NCBI GenBank assembly: GCA_035534915.1 | Contig: DATLQZ010000111.1 | Location: forward strand, 16,258 to 80,257 | Direction of reading: 5' to 3' | DNA from: Candidatus Dormiibacterota bacterium | GTDB taxonomy: Bacteria > Chloroflexota > Dormibacteria > Aeolococcales > Bog-877 | DNA: 64,000 nt | Part shown: positions 1 through 8,755 of the stretch, piece after piece | Layout of the letters: every line of letters begins with the position of its first letter | Position numbering within the stretch: the stretch's first letter is position 1 | The notes under the pieces: generated by a model | Seen by the model: the letters and a program-made list of their open reading frames with translations, nothing else | Told to the model about the DNA's origin: nothing | Databases searched by the model: none | Position numbers and translations under genes: made by a program

Positions 1-1
1 G

Positions 2-766
2 CGGGAGATGATCCACGGGGTGCTGGAGATGACCGACAAGCCCGTCCGCGAAGTGATGGTCCCACGCGTCCAGATGGTGGCCCTGCCCAAGGATGCCTCC
101 CTCGCCGAGGCGGTGCAGGTCGTGTTGGATCATGGTCACAGTCGCATCCCTGTCTACGACGACACCATCGACAACATAGTGGGCGTGGTCTATGCGAAGG
201 ACCTCCTGCGCGCTCGTGGGGGAGGTCTGGAGCCCGACGGCGTTGCGGCGCTGGCGCGTGCTGCCACCTTTGTGCCGGAGGCCAAGCGGCTGGGGGAACT
301 GCTCCAGGAGATGCAGCGCGCTAAGGTCCACCTCGTGGTTGTCGTCGACGAATATGGTGGAACCGCTGGCCTGGTCACCATCGAGGATGTGCTGGAGGAG
401 ATCGTTGGACCGATTCGCGACGAGTACGACCTGGCCGAGCAGGAGGAAATTCAGGTGCTATCGCCGGTCGAGGCGGTGCTATCTGCTTCCGCCAGCCTGG
501 ACGACGTCAACGATGTCCTGCACCTGCGGCTGGAGGGCGAGGACTTTGACTCGGTCGGTGGACTGGTCTACTCCCTCCTGGGAAGGATCCCGTCGGTGGG
601 AGACAGGGTCGACGCCGGTGACGGCGTCACCATCACCGTCGAGTCGATCGATCGGCAGGCAATCCAATCGGTGCGCCTGACCCGGGATAGGCCCTTTCAG
701 ATTGACCCCGAGGAGGGCTTCAGCACGGGTTTCCCGCCCACTCCATCCTCGACGGCAACTGCCTGA
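2..766 (+). CDS. CBS-pair + CorC/HlyC C-terminal domain protein (hemolysin/CorC family), 5' end outside window
   Basis: ORF 8..766; frame stays open back to base 2. Motifs VREVMVPRVQMV, HSRIPVY and VVVVDEYGGTAGLVTIEDVLEEIVG are typical of CBS/CorC_HlyC proteins. Confidence 0.85.
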   Translation, partial: REMIHGVLEMTDKPVREVMVPRVQMVALPKDASLAEAVQVVLDHGHSRIPVYDDTIDNIVGVVYAKDLLRARGGGLEPDGVAALARAATFVPEAKRLGELLQEMQRAKVHLVVVVDEYGGTAGLVTIEDVLEEIVGPIRDEYDLAEQEEIQVLSPVEAVLSASASLDDVNDVLHLRLEGEDFDSVGGLVYSLLGRIPSVGDRVDAGDGVTITVESIDRQAIQSVRLTRDRPFQIDPEEGFSTGFPPTPSSTATA

Positions 767-771
767 CCCGT

Positions 772-1515
772 TTGCCCACCAGCTTCACCGACGAGGGGAT
801 TGTGCTGAGGCGCCGAACCTACGGTGACGCTGATCGGATCTTGGTGGTCCTCACCAGAGGCCACGGCAAGATGAGCATCCTGGCGAAGGGAGTGCGGCGG
901 GCCAAGGCTCGCAACCAGGCGGGACTCGACCTGCTGGCAAGGTCCCAGCTGATGCTGATTCCCGGCAGGAACATGGCAACCCTCGCCCAAGCGCGACCTA
1001 TGGATGGGGGTAGCGCCGCTGCGGATCTGGTCAGACTGGCGTGCGCAGGAGTGCTGGCGGAGCTTGTCGACGCCACAGTCGAGGAGGGCCGGCCTGAGCC
1101 GAGGGTCTACGACATCCTCGCTGAGGCGTCGGCACGACTGGCTCGCGCCGAGTCCGATCCACGGTTGGCGCTGGCGCTGGCCGCCTTTGCTCTGGCCGTC
1201 GCCGGTGGTTATCAGCCTGATCTCCACTCATGCATGGGCTGTGGAGATGCGTTGGCAAACCAGGATGGCGAATTCCTGCCTTCCCTCGGCGGGGTGGTTC
1301 AAGGGGACTGCATGGGCAGGGCAGCTGCATTGCCGTGCCAGGCCGCCACTCTGCGGGTGCTGCGCCGCATGGCAGTCGCCGATGAGGCGACAGTGGTTCG
1401 GCTGCGGTGGACACCTGCCCTCCGCGACGAGCTGGAGGCCATCCTCATTGCTCATCTGGAGCATCATTTGGACCGTCCGATGCGAGCCGCTAGAGTACTG
1501 GCGGAGGCACGTTGA
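772..1515 (+). CDS. recO: DNA repair protein RecO
   Basis: N-terminus EGIVLRRRTYGDADRILVVLTRGHGKMSILAKGVRR matches the RecO OB-fold consensus. Cys-rich zinc motif CMGCG...C downstream. Sits immediately after the CorC-like gene. Confidence 0.85.
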   Translation: MPTSFTDEGIVLRRRTYGDADRILVVLTRGHGKMSILAKGVRRAKARNQAGLDLLARSQLMLIPGRNMATLAQARPMDGGSAAADLVRLACAGVLAELVDATVEEGRPEPRVYDILAEASARLARAESDPRLALALAAFALAVAGGYQPDLHSCMGCGDALANQDGEFLPSLGGVVQGDCMGRAAALPCQAATLRVLRRMAVADEATVVRLRWTPALRDELEAILIAHLEHHLDRPMRAARVLAEAR

Positions 1516-1581
1516 TCTCGCCTCAGCGGTAGTCGTTGACGGCGACCCCGGTCCGGGCCTAAGCGCTTGGGGCGCCGCGGA

Positions 1582-2256
1582 TCAGTAGAGCTCAGTGGCC
1601 ATCGCCGGCGATGACGCGTAAGGATCAGCCGGGTCGGTTGGTGGCGACTCCCTGGGCGACGGATGGGGCCTTGAAGCCAGGCCCCCTAGAGCTCCTGCCA
1701 GGTAGGTCAGGCGCCCGGCGGACAACTGACCCACAAGCCCAGCTAGGGAGTGGAGCCGGGCGGATCGAAACTGGGTGATCACCGACAGGCCGGCCGAGGT
1801 CGCCACCAAGCGCACTACGCGGCGGTCTAGGGGGTCACGAGCGCGCTCCGCCATCCCTGCCTTGATCAGGCGGTCCGCAGCCGCCGTGGCGGCGGGCCCG
1901 CTTATCCCCAGAGCGGTCGCGAAGGCTCGCATGGTGAGACCTTCATGGGGTAGGCAACTCAAGGCGGCCATCTGACGGTCCGACAGCCCACTGGCCGGTG
2001 CGGAGTGGATCACGGCCGCTATTTGGCTCTCGAGCCGGGAAAGCTCGATCCAGAGCGAGACCACTCCGTCGGTACTCAGCGCGGCCACGGCGGGCGGCTC
2101 GTTCTCGCCGCTGCCCTGGAGCACTTTGGTGCTATAGCTTTCCACGGGATATGCGGGCGTAGGAGCGATCTCTGAAGGCGCCACTGGATCTGCGCCGCCC
2201 TCAACGCCAGCTTCCGAAAGATCGCAGATCACGACACCACCGTTGTCAGCCCCCAT
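1582..2256 (-). CDS. MarR-family transcriptional regulator with long N-terminal extension
   Basis: Winged-helix segment LTMRAFATALGISGPAATAAADRLIKAGMAERARDPLDRRVVRLVATSAG is MarR-like. Confidence 0.7.
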   Translation of the reverse strand: MGADNGGVVICDLSEAGVEGGADPVAPSEIAPTPAYPVESYSTKVLQGSGENEPPAVAALSTDGVVSLWIELSRLESQIAAVIHSAPASGLSDRQMAALSCLPHEGLTMRAFATALGISGPAATAAADRLIKAGMAERARDPLDRRVVRLVATSAGLSVITQFRSARLHSLAGLVGQLSAGRLTYLAGALGGLASRPHPSPRESPPTDPADPYASSPAMATELY

Positions 2257-2353
2257 GAGTGCTGTTTAAAATACCAGTCAGTGACGACATCCGTCGGTCC
2301 TTTGGCGTACCGACCAGCTCCGGCTGGCGCTGAGGAAGAGCTGTGGAGGCTGT

Positions 2354-3088
2354 GTGGTGGCTGTTGATACAAGGCCGATGACTGGCACTGAGAACCATCT
2401 CTTGGCATTTCTCCCGGACGCTGATCGCGAGGCGCTTGTGGCGAAACTCAGCCCGGTATTCCTGAACGTCAAGACCGTGCTTTTCGAACCTGGCCAAGTG
2501 GTGGACGCCGTCTACTTCCCGCTGGATGGGGTGGTCTCCTTGGTCACGCCGCTGGAAGATGGCGCCATCGTGGAGGTGGCGACGGTCGGCAACGAAGGTC
2601 TGGTCGGGGTACCGGTGGTCTTGGGAGGGAGTCTCGCTGTCCGCGCCATCTCTCAGGTGGCCGGCAGATGTCTCACCATGGAGACCGGCGGCTTTCTCTA
2701 CGAGATGGAGCGTCGAGGATCTCTCGCCTCCATCGTTCAGAACTACTTGCAGGCCCTTTTCGGGCAAATCTCTCTGGCCGCGGCCTGCAACCGGCTGCAC
2801 TCCAATGAGGAGCGGCTCAGCCGTTGGTTGCTGATGAGCCACGATCGAGTTGGTGCGGACCGGTTTTTGATCACTCACGAGTTCCTCAGCCAGATGCTCG
2901 GGTCGCGGCGAGCGACGGTCACCCTATCTGCGGGCATACTGCAGAAAGCTGGCCTCATCAGATATCAGCGCGGCCATGTGGAGATCGTCGACCGGCGGGG
3001 CCTGGAGCAGACCGCCTGCGAGTGCTACCGCGTCATCCAAGACGGGCTCGACCGAGTAGCTGCGACTGCGGGCCGCCGAACTTTCTGA
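2354..3088 (+). CDS. Crp/Fnr-family transcriptional regulator (cNMP-binding domain + C-terminal HTH)
   Basis: cNMP-like beta-roll (VLFEPGQVVDAVYFPLDGVVSLV) and C-terminal HTH (THEFLSQMLGSRRATVTLSAGILQKAGLIRYQRGHVEIVD). Divergent from the MarR gene. Confidence 0.8.
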   Translation: MVAVDTRPMTGTENHLLAFLPDADREALVAKLSPVFLNVKTVLFEPGQVVDAVYFPLDGVVSLVTPLEDGAIVEVATVGNEGLVGVPVVLGGSLAVRAISQVAGRCLTMETGGFLYEMERRGSLASIVQNYLQALFGQISLAAACNRLHSNEERLSRWLLMSHDRVGADRFLITHEFLSQMLGSRRATVTLSAGILQKAGLIRYQRGHVEIVDRRGLEQTACECYRVIQDGLDRVAATAGRRTF

Positions 3089-3659
3089 CTATGGTCCACT
3101 CTCGACTATCCGGGGCAGGCGCATCCGCGAGCCGAGTCATGGTCACCTCTTGGTGGCTCTATCCACAGTACGGACCGGGCTCTGGTCTCTGCGCCGCGGA
3201 GCGCCGGCTGTAGTCTGGCCCGAGACGAGCTCTAGGCGCGACCGACCCGCCGCCAACAGACAAGTTCGAGTCCGAGCGGCAGTGATGAGGGCTGGTGGGC
3301 CGCCTGCGCGCTGTGCGCACTCAGGAGCAACCATGTCTTGAGCCGGACCCCGTCGGGGTCCGGCGTGTCGGCAACTAGCCAGAGTTGACGGAACATACTC
3401 TCGACCAAGCTCTCGGTAGCCAACGGGTCGCCACCGGTGGATACCGAGAATCCCATGACAGCGGCCGCTGATCAGAGGCGAGCGCGCGAGCGGCGGAGCT
3501 CCCCACCTTCAGGTGGCGCACCAGTTCGGAATCGGCCTTCGTGAATCTGTGGGGGTCGTTGTCCCGTAGGGGTGCGCCCCTCTGCACCCATGACTGCTCG
3601 CCGAAATCCATGCAACGCAACCGAGCCCAGCCGCAAACCGCGTGGCGGCCTGCGGAAAT

Positions 3660-3691
3660 AGGACCGGCTCACCTTAAGATGAGCCGGTCCT
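3660..3691 (-). terminator. Perfect 12-bp stem hairpin (AGGACCGGCTCA-N8-TGAGCCGGTCCT), candidate intrinsic terminator for the minus-strand ORF ending at 3701
   Basis: Read directly from the sequence. On the minus strand the hairpin is followed by ATTTCC, a weak U-tract. Confidence 0.45.
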
Positions 3692-3700
3692 TGGGGGGAG

Positions 3701-3889
3701 TCAGATGGTCGCGGGATGCCTGGTGGGTGCGAGCCATTCAGGGGGCGCAGGCACTCCGCGTAGCTGCGTGAGTTTGAGGGCGGACAGAACGCTCATGGCA
3801 GCAGCCAGCAAAAAGGAGATGACGCTTGCCACCAAGGGGATCTGGCCGAAGGTCCACAACGCGTAGGCGTGGAGTAGACCGCGCCGCAT
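3701..3889 (-). CDS. Hypothetical small membrane protein (62 aa; internal Met of ORF 3701..4057)
   Basis: One hydrophobic helix (ALWTFGQIPLVASVISFLLAAAMSVLSAL). AAGGGCGAG lies upstream of the ATG. Terminator-like hairpin 10 nt past the stop. No family recognised. Confidence 0.3.
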   Translation of the reverse strand: MRRGLLHAYALWTFGQIPLVASVISFLLAAAMSVLSALKLTQLRGVPAPPEWLAPTRHPATI

Positions 3890-4904
3890 GGTCTCGCCCT
3901 TGTTCGCGATGTGAAAGTAGATGTTCTGGGCGGACAGCCGTGGGGAGACCGTCCGCTTGGCGTAGCTGCAGCCTTGGACCAACAGCGGTCCAGCTGCGCC
4001 CAGCCCAGGGCCAGCATGACCACGGGTATTGAGAGGATCGGCTCGAAGGCTCGACACTGCACCAGGTTCCTCCGAGGAATATTCAGCGCCCAGAACGACG
4101 CTTGCATCGACGATTGACTTTGCTGCGTCGCATGATGACAGGGTGCCTCTCAGACGTCAGTCCGCCAGCGTACCTACCGGCCGATGGCTACGATGATGGT
4201 CAAAAATTCCCGCTGTTCCGCGTCCGCCGGACACTGCTGCTCGTCGCCCGAAGAGTGCCGGCGCGGTCTCTATCCGCTCGCTGCAACGGCCGATTGACTC
4301 GAAACTGTAGGTCACAAAGGCGGTGTCGGTCACGATGACGTAGCCGTGGCACCGACCAGGATTCGCGACCTGGCGCGCGATCCGGGAACAGGCGGTGGCG
4401 ATTCGGGATGAACCCGGTCCAGTAACGCTGCTTGCCAGTCCAGCAGGGCACCGTGAGCGTAGGGCGTGTTCGCCGCAAGTAACGTGGCTGGGGGGAGGCG
4501 CGACCGACTTGCTGAGTTCGCCAACGACCTCCTGGCAACCGGTGTGAGGCGCGATACCGGTCCTCGCCGTGCACACCTCCAGTCAATCGAGGTAGTCGTT
4601 GACCATCCTCAGGCTTTGCCGGACTCGGTTCTGCGTGAGCTTGTCGCATGAACCCCCGGCGCGCTCCCCGGGTCACCCGGGGTTTGCCGATCAGCATTTC
4701 CATCACTCCATCGCCTTGCATGTCACCGAATGGCGGACTCGCTCCCGCGGTGGTAACGCCGGCGGCGGCGAGAAGTTTGCGCGGCTCGGCGTGGTCAGGA
4801 ACTATCCCGATGTAGTTCGTCTGCGCGAATTGATTCGTTAGTTACTAGCACCATTAGTTGAACTATCGGACTCTGGAAGATATCGCGGCGGCGAACTGTC
4901 GCTA

Positions 4905-4925
4905 TTACGTCCAGAAATGACGTAA
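4905..4925. promoter_or_regulatory. Perfect inverted repeat TTACGTC-N7-GACGTAA about 100 bp upstream of the ECF sigma gene (candidate operator)
   Basis: Read directly. Lies in an unusually AT-richer stretch (4838..5027). Confidence 0.25.
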
Positions 4926-5027
4926 AAGATGGAGGGACCTACGAGTCAGGATCAGACGGGCGGGGGGCGTGTGTGCTAGTGTCGGCATGCGTTTTGAAAC
5001 GTACCCTATGAACGGAGGCCAGCGCCC

Positions 5028-5606
5028 ATGTCGAGCGTGATGATCCCGGACAGGTGCTCCGAAGCTCAGCTGGCGAAACTCGCCGCTGGAGCGATCGTCG
5101 CTGGGCTCGACCCCGAGACCATGTACCGTGATTATCATCAGGCGATCCTTCGCTACGTACGCTGCCGCGTGGGGACGTTGGAGATTGCCGAAGACCTAGT
5201 CGCGGACGTGTTCCTCCGGGCAGTGGCGAAGGCCCCTGAGTACCGCGCTCTGCGGGACACTCCATTGCCCTGGCTTTACACGATCGCCGCTCGAAGGATC
5301 GCGGATCATTACCGGCGTGGACAGGCTGCCTGCAGGTTGGACGCGCGGCCGGACCTGGTCCGAGTTGATTCTGACCCTGCCGACGAGGTGGTGCTTAGGG
5401 CGATGGTGGCAGATGTCTGGCTGGCCTCGTTGGCTCTGCCGCTGACACAGCGCACAGCTCTCTGGCTTTGCTACGGCGAGGAGCTGGATATGGGTGAAAT
5501 CGCAGTGGTTATGGGTAAGAGCACTGACGCGGCGAAGCTCCTCGTTCACCGCGCAAGACGAGGCGTCCGGTCCCGCCTCGAGTCAGGCGCGGCGCTGGAG
5601 GCGTAG
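5028..5606 (+). CDS. ECF-type RNA polymerase sigma-70 family factor
   Basis: Region 2 (AEDLVADVFLRAV...PWLYTIAARRIADHYRR) and region 4 HTH (LTQRTALWLCYGEELDMGEIAVVMGKSTDAAKLLVHRARRGVRSRL). Confidence 0.85.
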   Translation: MSSVMIPDRCSEAQLAKLAAGAIVAGLDPETMYRDYHQAILRYVRCRVGTLEIAEDLVADVFLRAVAKAPEYRALRDTPLPWLYTIAARRIADHYRRGQAACRLDARPDLVRVDSDPADEVVLRAMVADVWLASLALPLTQRTALWLCYGEELDMGEIAVVMGKSTDAAKLLVHRARRGVRSRLESGAALEA

Positions 5607-5675
5607 ACCAGGATTGGGCGTGGCGGGACGGGGGGCGGAGGACTCACCGACTAAATGGGACTTGAGTTGGGAAAG

Positions 5676-5702
5676 CAGGGAACGGGCGGTCGCTCTTCCC
5701 TG
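5676..5702. terminator. 7-bp stem hairpin (CAGGGAA-N13-TTCCCTG) between the convergent sigma and cysS genes
   Basis: Read directly. Weak T-run (CTTTCCC) on the minus-strand side. Confidence 0.25.
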
Positions 5703-5717
5703 GAGTCGTTCCAGCCC

Positions 5718-7889
5718 TCAGTGGGAAGGCAACCCCGGGTGACCCGCTAGCAGAAGGTCCGGACGATGGTGCCACCGCTCGTAGAAGCGTCGGAAGTTCA
5801 GCTTGCTGAGTCGCTCCCGCTCGTCGGGCTCGGTGTCCTCCCAACCTCGGTGCTCGTGCATGACGGCGGACAGCTCCGGGAGCCTCATCTGGACCAGGCC
5901 GGCCGAGCGCAGGGTGAAGCAGAGGTGGAAGTCCAGCATCCGATAGAAGCGAAAGCGCTCATCCAGCAGCCCCAGCTCGGTGAATCGGTGTCGACGAACG
6001 GCCAGGCAGTATCCGTCGATTGCGTCCACCTCTCGCTCGTCGGAGTCGAAGAAGTCACGCATGTCAGAGCTGCGTGCGCCCCACCTTCCCACGGCTCCGA
6101 CCCCAGGGTCAGCGAGAGCCTCAAGGATTGGGGAGAAGCAATCTCCCACCAGCTCCACCCCGGTATCGAGGATGAGCAACGCCTGTCCCAGGGCCGCCCT
6201 GATGGTGATGTTGCGCGCGGCTCCCTCGCCCAATTGGTGATCGGCGTGAAATACCCGTAGGTTGGGGTCGGAGCCCGCAGCCTCAGCCAGCACTGCGGCG
6301 CAGGCAGGGCCGGCGTCGTTGTCGACCACGAGAACCTCTACCCGATGTCCTGCCTGGTTGCGTCTCACTGAGTCGAGGCACCGCCTGAGGTCTTCCGGAT
6401 ACCCCGACGTCACGACGCTGACCGAGATGTCGAAGCTATCGGGCTCGCCCCGCATATCGACTACCTGCCGCGGGGACGAGACCAATCCGCGACGCAGGTC
6501 CGAAGCTGTCGCTCGGCGGTATGCGGTGGAGGCGTGGTTGTCTTCGGGAACGACCCTCGCAGCGAGCAGCGCTTCCCTTTCACGATCCGCCCCCGGGAAC
6601 TCCCGAGCCGCCCGCTGCCGCTCGCGTGCGCCCGCGGAGATCACCCACGGCCCGTCTGCGGGGCGCTGCGAGGGCGGCTGATCGAGCCCGAGTCCAAGCA
6701 AGCTGTCCGCCTCCCTCAAGCCTAGCGCTCGCGTGGCCGGGGCAACTTGGTTGTCACCGGCAAACCGGAAGAGGTCGGCCAGAGCTCGGGGAAGGTTGAG
6801 GTCGTCCTCCAGCGCCGACTGGACCCGGGTCCGTACCTGCTCTGCCGCCTCAGGGTCGGCTCCCTCGGTCGGGCCCGACCCGACTCGCCGCAGCCGCTGG
6901 AGGCCCCGATCCGCGGCTTCCAGCGAAGAGAGGGTGAAGTTGAGCCTGGTGCGGTACCGCACGGTCGCGCAGAGGAAGCGGAATGAGAGGGGGTCAAAGC
7001 CACGCTGCACCAGGTCGTCGACGGTGTAGACGTTGCCGGAGGACTTGGCCATTTTGATCCCGTCGGCCAGCAGGTGCTGTCCGTGGACCCACTGCCGCAC
7101 GAACTGCCGCCCGGTCGCCCCTTCGCTTTGGGCGCGCTCGTCCTCGTGGTGGGGGAATATGTTGTCAACCCCGCCCGTGTGGATATCGATCTGCTCTCCG
7201 AGATAGGCCATCGACATCGCCGAGCACTCGATGTGCCAGCCGGGGAAGCCCATGCCGTAGGCGCTGTCCCAGACCATCAGTTGTCGCCCCGGATCAGCCT
7301 CGCGCCAGAGGGTGAAGTCAGCTGGATGTCGTTTCGATGGATCCAGCTCCACCTCGACTCCTAGCTGAAGTTGCCCCATCGCGTTGCCCGAGAGATGGCC
7401 GTAGTCGGGGTAGGCAGCCGTGTCGAAATAGACGGTACCTCCAACTCGGTATGCGAGGCCCCGCCGCAGCAGACCATCGATCAGGATCAGCATCTGCGGG
7501 ATGTGGTCGGTCGCTCGAGGGAAGACATCCGCCGGCTCGATTCCCATCGCCTTCTCGGCCCGGTGGAACTCCTCCTCGAACTCTCCAGCTATCTCCCGGG
7601 GGGTGCGCCCCGCAGCTAGAGCGGCCGCGATGACCTTGTCGCCGCCTCGCTCGGCCATCTCCTGGCGCATGTGGCCCACGTCGGTGATGTTCTTGACGTG
7701 CAACACATCCCAGCCCTGGGCCCTGGCGACTCGCTTTATCCAGTCGGCCATCAGATAGGACCGCAGGTTGCCGATATGGACCGAGCGATACACCGTCGGG
7801 CCACAGCTGTACATGGTCAGGCGACCCGTCTTGAGAGGCTCAATCTTGCGGATTTCACGAGAGAGGGTGTCGTAGAGTCGGAGCATCAA
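5718..7889 (-). CDS. cysS: Cysteine--tRNA ligase fused to a C-terminal GT2-like glycosyltransferase domain (723 aa)
   Basis: aa 1-460 form a complete class-I CysRS: HIGN, NITDVGH, GFPGWHIECS, KMAKSSGN, LEDDLNLPRAL, and the C-terminal ARERQRAAREFPGADRERE helix. aa ~486-690 are GT-A/GT2-like: SVSVVTSGYPEDLRRCLDSV, VLVVDNDAG, LLILDTGVEL, AIDGYCLAVRRHRF, DERFRFY. No stop or frameshift lies between the two parts. Confidence 0.9.
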   Translation of the reverse strand: MMLRLYDTLSREIRKIEPLKTGRLTMYSCGPTVYRSVHIGNLRSYLMADWIKRVARAQGWDVLHVKNITDVGHMRQEMAERGGDKVIAAALAAGRTPREIAGEFEEEFHRAEKAMGIEPADVFPRATDHIPQMLILIDGLLRRGLAYRVGGTVYFDTAAYPDYGHLSGNAMGQLQLGVEVELDPSKRHPADFTLWREADPGRQLMVWDSAYGMGFPGWHIECSAMSMAYLGEQIDIHTGGVDNIFPHHEDERAQSEGATGRQFVRQWVHGQHLLADGIKMAKSSGNVYTVDDLVQRGFDPLSFRFLCATVRYRTRLNFTLSSLEAADRGLQRLRRVGSGPTEGADPEAAEQVRTRVQSALEDDLNLPRALADLFRFAGDNQVAPATRALGLREADSLLGLGLDQPPSQRPADGPWVISAGARERQRAAREFPGADREREALLAARVVPEDNHASTAYRRATASDLRRGLVSSPRQVVDMRGEPDSFDISVSVVTSGYPEDLRRCLDSVRRNQAGHRVEVLVVDNDAGPACAAVLAEAAGSDPNLRVFHADHQLGEGAARNITIRAALGQALLILDTGVELVGDCFSPILEALADPGVGAVGRWGARSSDMRDFFDSDEREVDAIDGYCLAVRRHRFTELGLLDERFRFYRMLDFHLCFTLRSAGLVQMRLPELSAVMHEHRGWEDTEPDERERLSKLNFRRFYERWHHRPDLLLAGHPGLPSH

Positions 7890-8017
7890 TTGATGCTACC
7901 AGTGACTGGTCGCAGGGCCCCGACACCACCACCGTTGACTTGACCCGGGCCCTACCCAGGGTGGTGGCAGGCGGTGCAGACGGATATGGAGGGGAAGCGG
8001 GAGTGGTTGAGCAAGCG

Positions 8018-8698
8018 ATGTCAACGCGGACTCTGGTCCTGATCGGCGGCAGCGAATGGATGCCGGGATGCGAGGCGCTGGACCTGTGGTGGGGCTCCAG
8101 AGCCGCACGCAAAGCCGTCACGGTGGTGACCACGGCAGCCCAGGATGGTCCGGAGCGAGCCATGAGACGGGCAGAGGGGTACTTCAGCTCCATCGGCTTC
8201 GCGGCAGATCACTGTCGGATCCAGACCGCCAAGGATGCCGAAGATCCGCGGCTGCTTGGTGTCCTCTCCCAAGCAACCGCGATATTCCTCTGTGGAGGAG
8301 ACCCGAGTGCTGCGCGGCGGGTGCTGGTGGGCTCCCCGGCCGGGCGGCTGCTGCTGGACCGCTACCGGGAGGGAGTCCCTCTGGTCGGCTCCAGCGCGGG
8401 CGCCATGGTGCTGGCTGGGGCCTGCTTGGTGCCGAGCCAGCACTTCGCTGTCCAGCCCGGCCTGGGGATTGTGCCGCGGGTACTGGTGGTCCCCCACTGG
8501 AACTCAGCAGGTGCGGAATGGAGGCGGCGGGTTCACGAGCTGGTGGACCAATATGAAGTGCTGGCGGTTGATGAGCTGACTGGTGTGTGCTGGGACGGAA
8601 CCAGTTGGAGCGTGCTCGGGGCTGGATCGGCCTGTGTCGCCACCTCCACGGCTGAGCTGGTGGCAGGAGGGGGGATACCCTCGCCACCGATAGAATGA
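8018..8698 (+). CDS. Peptidase S51 / cyanophycinase-like (type-1 glutamine-amidotransferase-like fold)
   Basis: LVLIGGSEW..., FLCGGDP and VGSSAGAMV (GxSAG nucleophile elbow). I preferred the internal ATG at 8018 over the ORF-track start at 7940. Confidence 0.65.
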   Translation: MSTRTLVLIGGSEWMPGCEALDLWWGSRAARKAVTVVTTAAQDGPERAMRRAEGYFSSIGFAADHCRIQTAKDAEDPRLLGVLSQATAIFLCGGDPSAARRVLVGSPAGRLLLDRYREGVPLVGSSAGAMVLAGACLVPSQHFAVQPGLGIVPRVLVVPHWNSAGAEWRRRVHELVDQYEVLAVDELTGVCWDGTSWSVLGAGSACVATSTAELVAGGGIPSPPIE

Positions 8699-8755
8699 CC
8701 GAGTTCGTCTGAGTTCAGGCTCATCTGGCTCCCGGGCCGGGAGCTGCTGGAGGTC

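Noticed and set aside
3264-3273. GTTCGAGTCC, a tRNA T-loop-like decamer.
   Set aside because: The flanking bases (ACAAG / CCGAG) cannot form a T-stem, and no acceptor or anticodon arms can be drawn. I found no tRNA in the window.
4157-4721. Overlapping minus-strand ORFs of 139 and 173 aa as real genes.
   Set aside because: They have extreme Arg/Pro/Ser composition, overlap each other in different frames, and contain no motif I recognise. At most they are remnants, discussed under the gene-poor region finding.
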